Of a DNA stretch of 40,949 nt, positions 36,226 to 40,949 are shown piece by piece; the stretch's first letter is position 1, and each line of letters begins with the position of its first letter. The position numbers were made by a program, and so were the translations under genes. The notes beneath the pieces were generated by a model. That model saw nothing but the letters and a program-made list of their open reading frames with translations. It did no database searches and was not told the origin of the DNA. The DNA is from Candidatus Heimdallarchaeota archaeon (lineage in GTDB: Archaea > Asgardarchaeota > Heimdallarchaeia > JABLTI01), in NCBI GenBank assembly GCA_019056785.1, contig DXJV01000076.1, positions 1-40,949 of the forward strand, read 5' to 3'.

Positions 36226-36767
36226 TCAGTTCTTTTGTGCTTTTTTCGTCCTATCTCCACCTGGAAATGTAAAGTGTGTTGGAGCATTCTTTGGTACCTT
36301 CCCTTTCTTCACATTTCGATAATAAGAATAGGTCATAGGTTCCCCTTCTTGGAGGATTTCTCCACCAACAACTTTGGCGATGAAAAGGGTATGAGTACCA
36401 CAATCAACAGCTTCTTTAACAACACATTCTAAATAGCCAAGGGAGTAGTCCATCACGATCGGCGTGCCGGTAATGAAAATCTCATAATTAAGAGGGTCTT
36501 TGAATTTATCATAAGTTCTCCCACTACGAAAGCCAAAGCAACCTATAAATTTCAAAGGTGCCTTGTTTGAGAGAGTATAGAGGCAGTAAAAACACGGCTC
36601 TTCCAAATATAATCATGGGTTAAATTCTTTTTGCTAATGCTAACAGTGACCATTTGTGGTTTAGATGTAACTTGAAAAACGGTATTTATAATGAGTCCAT
36701 TGTAATTGTTACCTTTTTTTTGAGCGTAAAAGAAATAACCCATAGCTAATCAGTCGGATGCTTTCAT
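36226..36767 (-). pseudogene. Frameshifted flavin reductase-like (rubredoxin-associated type) gene
   Basis: Family motifs ISYGL, NGLIINTVFQVTSKP..VTVSISKKNLTH and FGFRSGR..DKF...GTHTLFI...PMTYSYY lie in different frames. Confidence 0.8.
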
Positions 36768-36993
36768 AAAATTCTTATTCTTCAGTGTTGTCATCTTTGA
36801 TTGCCATAGGTTGCGCTTCCTTATAGAAAGATTTTTCTACATCGAGTACAAGTTTTTCTCCTCTTAAATGGTTTCCGCTGTAAGAAATAAGGCTCATTTA
36901 AATGTTAGCAAATAATTTCAATAAGTGTGAATAGCTAAATGATGTGAATGTTTTTAGAGTAAAAAAATTCGTTGATGATAGCTGGTTTTGCCA

Positions 36994-38739
36994 ATGCCAA
37001 AGGTCAAAGAAATTACTTCACTCCTTCAAAAATACCTCTCCCCCTACGTTAAGCAAGTGATCTTTTTAGCAGTCATTTTAATCAGCTATAATGCTTTACA
37101 AGTGCTTTTCCCACAAATCCTCAGAATCTATGTTGAAGCTGTAAGTGCTCCAAGCCTTGATGTGAAAGTTCTCCTATACTCGTCAATCATTTACATTGGA
37201 ATGAGTGTCATTTTCCGAGCGCTTTATATTCTTTTACAAAAAATAAGTCAAGAGCTTGCTTGGGCAACGACCAATAACCTTCGTATTGACATGACAAGGC
37301 ATTGTATAAACCTTGATATGACTTTTCATAATCGGAAAAAGACAGGCGATATGATTGAACGAATTGATGGTGACGCTTCAACATTATCAGAATTCTTTAG
37401 TACATTCATTCACTATTTCATCGGGAGCTTTTTCTTGGTTCTTGGCATTCTCGTTGCTGTTTTTATAGAAGGATGGGTGTATGGGCTGCTGTTTTTAGCG
37501 TTCATTATGATTGCTTTAACAGCATTTTATTTTGTACGAAAAATTGCCTCCCCGCTTTGGAAGAAGGTAAGAGAATCTACCACAGCTCTTTTTGGCTCAA
37601 TTGAAGAAAGCATCTCTGGCCTTGAGGATATCAGAGGAAATGGGGCTGAACCCTTTATTATGAAACGATTCCATGAAGTCTCTCAAATCAATTTCAAAGA
37701 TAAAAACAAAGCAATGATCTACTCGAGAATTTATTATATCATTAATGTTCTAATGGGAGCAATGATCAATTTGGGTATATTGATGATTAGCTATTATTTC
37801 GCTGGTTATTTGACAACCAGTAGTGGGACACTCTATATGCTTCTAACATACGGCACTAACTTGCTCAGACCTTTGCGATTGATTTTATGGCAATTAGAGC
37901 AATTGCAAAATTCAATGGCAAATATTGACCGAGTAAACGAATATTTTTCTCTCGAGTCAAAAATAGTGGACAAAGGAACAAAGGCATTCCCAGTTGAAGA
38001 AGTAAATCTCTCCTTTGAAAATGTGAATTTCGGCTATTCAGAAGATGCGTTCGTTTTGAAGGGCGTTTCCTTCTCTATCCCTCACGGGCGAACCTTGGGG
38101 CTTATTGGTCGAACCGGAAGTGGGAAAACAACCCTCGCCCGGCTTCTATTCAGGCTCTATGATCCAAATGAGGGTGCAATAAAAATCAACGGTATTGATA
38201 TTAGAAACTTTAAACTCAAGGAATTACGGGCAAATGTTTCCTATATTACGCAAGAAGTTGAATTATTTAAGGCTTCGATTAAAGATAATGTTACTTTCTT
38301 TAATAAAAACTACTCTGAAAAAAAGGTCGAAGCAATCGTAAATGAAGTAGGGCTGGGTTCTTGGCTGGAGCAATTACCTAAAGGCCTTGAAACAGAAATC
38401 TATTCAGAGGATTGTGGTCTGTCCGCCGGAGAAGAACAGTTGCTCGCCCTTTCACGAGCCTTCCTAAAGAACCCAAAGATTGTTATCCTCGATGAAGCAT
38501 CTTCTAGACTTGACCCCGCAACAGAACAACAAATTGATCTCGCTTTGGAGAAGCTTTTGCTGGGGAGAACTGGAATCATTATTGCCCATCGACTTTCGAC
38601 TTTGCATAAGGTAGATGACATTTTAATTTTAAGTAAGGGTGAAATACTCGAATACGGTCCCCGTGAGGAGCTCTTAAGGAACCCAAATTCGCATTTTTCA
38701 CGTTTATTACAAAAAGGCGCGGAGGAGATACTAATATGA
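36994..38739 (+). CDS. ABC exporter, fused TMD-NBD subunit A
   Basis: TM domain, [27 protein letters not shown]. Confidence 0.93.
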   Translation: MPKVKEITSLLQKYLSPYVKQVIFLAVILISYNALQVLFPQILRIYVEAVSAPSLDVKVLLYSSIIYIGMSVIFRALYILLQKISQELAWATTNNLRIDMTRHCINLDMTFHNRKKTGDMIERIDGDASTLSEFFSTFIHYFIGSFFLVLGILVAVFIEGWVYGLLFLAFIMIALTAFYFVRKIASPLWKKVRESTTALFGSIEESISGLEDIRGNGAEPFIMKRFHEVSQINFKDKNKAMIYSRIYYIINVLMGAMINLGILMISYYFAGYLTTSSGTLYMLLTYGTNLLRPLRLILWQLEQLQNSMANIDRVNEYFSLESKIVDKGTKAFPVEEVNLSFENVNFGYSEDAFVLKGVSFSIPHGRTLGLIGRTGSGKTTLARLLFRLYDPNEGAIKINGIDIRNFKLKELRANVSYITQEVELFKASIKDNVTFFNKNYSEKKVEAIVNEVGLGSWLEQLPKGLETEIYSEDCGLSAGEEQLLALSRAFLKNPKIVILDEASSRLDPATEQQIDLALEKLLLGRTGIIIAHRLSTLHKVDDILILSKGEILEYGPREELLRNPNSHFSRLLQKGAEEILI

Positions 38740-40562
38740 GCACATGGAAGAATACCTGGAGTTTAATGAAATTCCGTAAAGGTTATGTTATCGGTACGAT
38801 AATAACGTCAATTGGTTGGTTGTTATCACGTTTCGCCGTTAGCTTTGGTATTCAAGAAATAATTGATATCCTCGTTGGCGAAACACCTTTCCTGGCGCTT
38901 GATATGAGAACGCTATTTATTATTGTCCCCTTTATTTATGTAAGCACTTTCATTCTGGGGTCAATCTCAGATATTGTACTCTGGTTGTTTTATATCTCCG
39001 GGGAAGTTCTTATCCGTAGAAATTTAATGAGGGGTTTATTGCAAAAACCCGGTGCACAGGCAATCCCTACTACCACGGGAGAATCTATCTCGAGATTCCG
39101 TGGGGATGTTACTCATGCTGTTAACCTTGCTCACAGAATTTCCATCCGCTTAGGATTTGTTGTTTATGCAGTAATAACCCTTAGTTATATGTTTTATATT
39201 AGCTGGAAAGCAACTGCTTTAATCTTCATTCCCTTTTTAATGATTCTCGCAATAGGGCTCTTGGAAAGAAAACGCATAAACGAGCTGCGTAAAGTGCGAA
39301 GAAAAGCAACAGCAGAAGTAACAGACACCCTGGGGAAAATATTCGGCGCTATCCAGACTCTAAAAGTCGCAGGTGCAGAGGATGGTATCGTTGACTATTT
39401 TGCAATGAAATGTGCAAAGCGGAAAAAAGCCGTTGTAAAAGAAATGGTCTTTATAGCCTTTATAGATGCCATTTTCTTTCTTTCGATCTCCTTAGGAATG
39501 GGCACAATTCTTTTACTTGTTGGTCCGGCGATGAGCATCGGCGCTTTCACTGTTGGAAATCTCTACTTTTTCCAAACACAGTTAACATGGATAGGAGATT
39601 TCATCTGGATGCTGGGCGATTTCGTGCCATTGTTCCAACAAGCAAAAGTCTCCTACGAACGAATGTTACGATTAATTCAGAAATCCGACAAGAGTGTCAC
39701 TTCAAGTTTCCTCGTCGAGGCAGGACCAATTTATGAGTTTAAACCTTTCCCACCTTTCAAACCTGTTATTAAAACCGAAACGGATATTCTCTCACAGTTA
39801 AGAGTTCAAAATCTGACGGCGTATTACCCAGGAACGGATAAAGGGATAAAAGACATTTCCTTTGAAATCCCGAGAGGAACAATTACCGTTGTTACAGGGC
39901 GTATCGGTTCTGGGAAAACAACTCTTCTTCGGGCATTATTAGGTTTAATCGAGAAACAAGAAGGAAGCATTTTATGGAATGGTTTTGAAGTTATTGACCC
40001 ATCAACATTTATGGTTCCGCCAAAAAGTGCGTACACCCCACAAATCCCCTTCCTTTTCAGTGATACGCTAAAGAATAATATCCTACTGAATATCCCCGAG
40101 GAGAATGCAGACTTGGAAGCAGCGGTGAAATTAGCAGTCTTTGAAAAAGAAGTCGAAAGCTTTGAGAAATCTTTTGAAACTCTCGTTGGGCCAAAAGGTG
40201 TCCGGCTTTCCGGAGGACAGAAACAACGTCTGGCCGCAGCAAGAATGTTCGTTCGCAAACCAGAGCTGTTAGTCTTTGATGATCTCTCCAGTGCCCTGGA
40301 TGTCGAAACAGAACAAAAACTCTGGCAAAGATTATTTGAAAGCACTAAAGAATTAACCTGTTTAGCTGTCTCTCACAGACCCATGGTCCTCAGACAAGCG
40401 GATATGATCCTCTTGTTAAAAGACGGGAGAATCGTCGCAAAGGGAACTCTTGATGAATTACTGGAAACAAGTGAAGAAATGCGCGCCTTGTGGACCGGTA
40501 AGATCCTTTCTGAAGATATTGAAAAGGACGACCTAAAAACCAGCATTCGAAAGAACGAGTAG
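38736..40562 (+). CDS. ABC exporter, fused TMD-NBD subunit B (heterodimer partner)
   Basis: TM domain, [16 protein letters not shown], degenerate Walker B VFDDLSS, and an ATGA overlap with subunit A. Confidence 0.93.
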   Translation: MSTWKNTWSLMKFRKGYVIGTIITSIGWLLSRFAVSFGIQEIIDILVGETPFLALDMRTLFIIVPFIYVSTFILGSISDIVLWLFYISGEVLIRRNLMRGLLQKPGAQAIPTTTGESISRFRGDVTHAVNLAHRISIRLGFVVYAVITLSYMFYISWKATALIFIPFLMILAIGLLERKRINELRKVRRKATAEVTDTLGKIFGAIQTLKVAGAEDGIVDYFAMKCAKRKKAVVKEMVFIAFIDAIFFLSISLGMGTILLLVGPAMSIGAFTVGNLYFFQTQLTWIGDFIWMLGDFVPLFQQAKVSYERMLRLIQKSDKSVTSSFLVEAGPIYEFKPFPPFKPVIKTETDILSQLRVQNLTAYYPGTDKGIKDISFEIPRGTITVVTGRIGSGKTTLLRALLGLIEKQEGSILWNGFEVIDPSTFMVPPKSAYTPQIPFLFSDTLKNNILLNIPEENADLEAAVKLAVFEKEVESFEKSFETLVGPKGVRLSGGQKQRLAAARMFVRKPELLVFDDLSSALDVETEQKLWQRLFESTKELTCLAVSHRPMVLRQADMILLLKDGRIVAKGTLDELLETSEEMRALWTGKILSEDIEKDDLKTSIRKNE

Positions 40563-40660
40563 CCTTCTCCCTCTCTCATAGTAATGAGACTGAGAAAACC
40601 CCTCCGTGCCTTATTAACAAACTTGTTTAAAGTTTTCTTAACAGTTGGAAAGGCTAAATG

Positions 40661-40949
40661 TTAGCTTTCGTTTTCATTTGTTTCTCTTTTCGATTCCTGT
40701 AAAGCGGCAATGGACAAGATAATTATACCGATTATAGTAACAATCAGTGCAATTACTCTCCCGATAATAAAACCAATGCCTAAAAGGCTCCACTCGGAAA
40801 AAATAATGGCTCCTCCAACAACTGCTGTTAGTAATGCGCTGACCGAGAACAATGGTGAGACAATGATTGCTTTCCCCTTTTGAAAACCAATCTGAGGAAG
40901 AACAGTTGATATAACGTTAAAGGCTAACAAAAGTACAAGGTAGAGCCAC
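40661..40949 (-). CDS. DMT/EamA-superfamily membrane protein, C-terminal part (runs off window)
   Basis: QIGFQKGKAIIVSPLF...GGAIIFSEW...IIGIIILS is typical of the last helices of DMT proteins. Confidence 0.65.
   Translation of the reverse strand, partial: WLYLVLLLAFNVISTVLPQIGFQKGKAIIVSPLFSVSALLTAVVGGAIIFSEWSLLGIGFIIGRVIALIVTIIGIIILSIAALQESKRETNENES

Noticed and set aside
1-40949. CRISPR array, rRNA, tRNA, IS element
   Set aside because: No regularly spaced repeats, no long GC-rich non-coding segment and no transposase motif were seen. All intergenic gaps are under about 350 bp.

Overview
This 41 kb window is AT-rich, gene-dense archaeal chromosome, very likely from an Asgard archaeon. That assignment is inferred from content. 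Archaeal core genes are present (rps19e, rpl39e, rpl31e, rnp4, archaeal-type proS, trmI, trm1, rlmE, rnhB, TFE-beta/RPC34-like, A/V-ATPase E). They are interleaved with many eukaryotic-signature-type genes: a RING E3, a UBA3-like E1, an Rpn11-like JAMM, two Rab-like GTPases, a roadblock protein, a longin-wHTH protein resembling NPRL2, a TRAP-alpha-like protein and a CdvA-like coiled coil. The most striking feature is a compact minus-strand operon at 8533-12246. It encodes a ParM/StbA-type actin-like ATPase, an overlapping ParR-like ribbon-helix-helix adaptor, a TPR/SNAP-like helical protein with a zinc ribbon, and an MglA-type small GTPase. A 1,400-aa SF2 helicase with an amphipathic N-terminus follows it. 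This looks like a chromosomal, GTPase-coupled actin filament or segregation system, and no plasmid or integrase hallmarks are nearby. Other oddities are a Rab-thioredoxin fusion, a Rab-like protein with a degenerate G3 motif linked to the JAMM gene by a 20-codon ORF, a structured intergenic RNA candidate (32032-32124), and a small patch of two decayed genes (35678-36767). I saw no tRNA, rRNA, CRISPR array or transposase. All family calls come from motif recognition by eye; no database searches were run.
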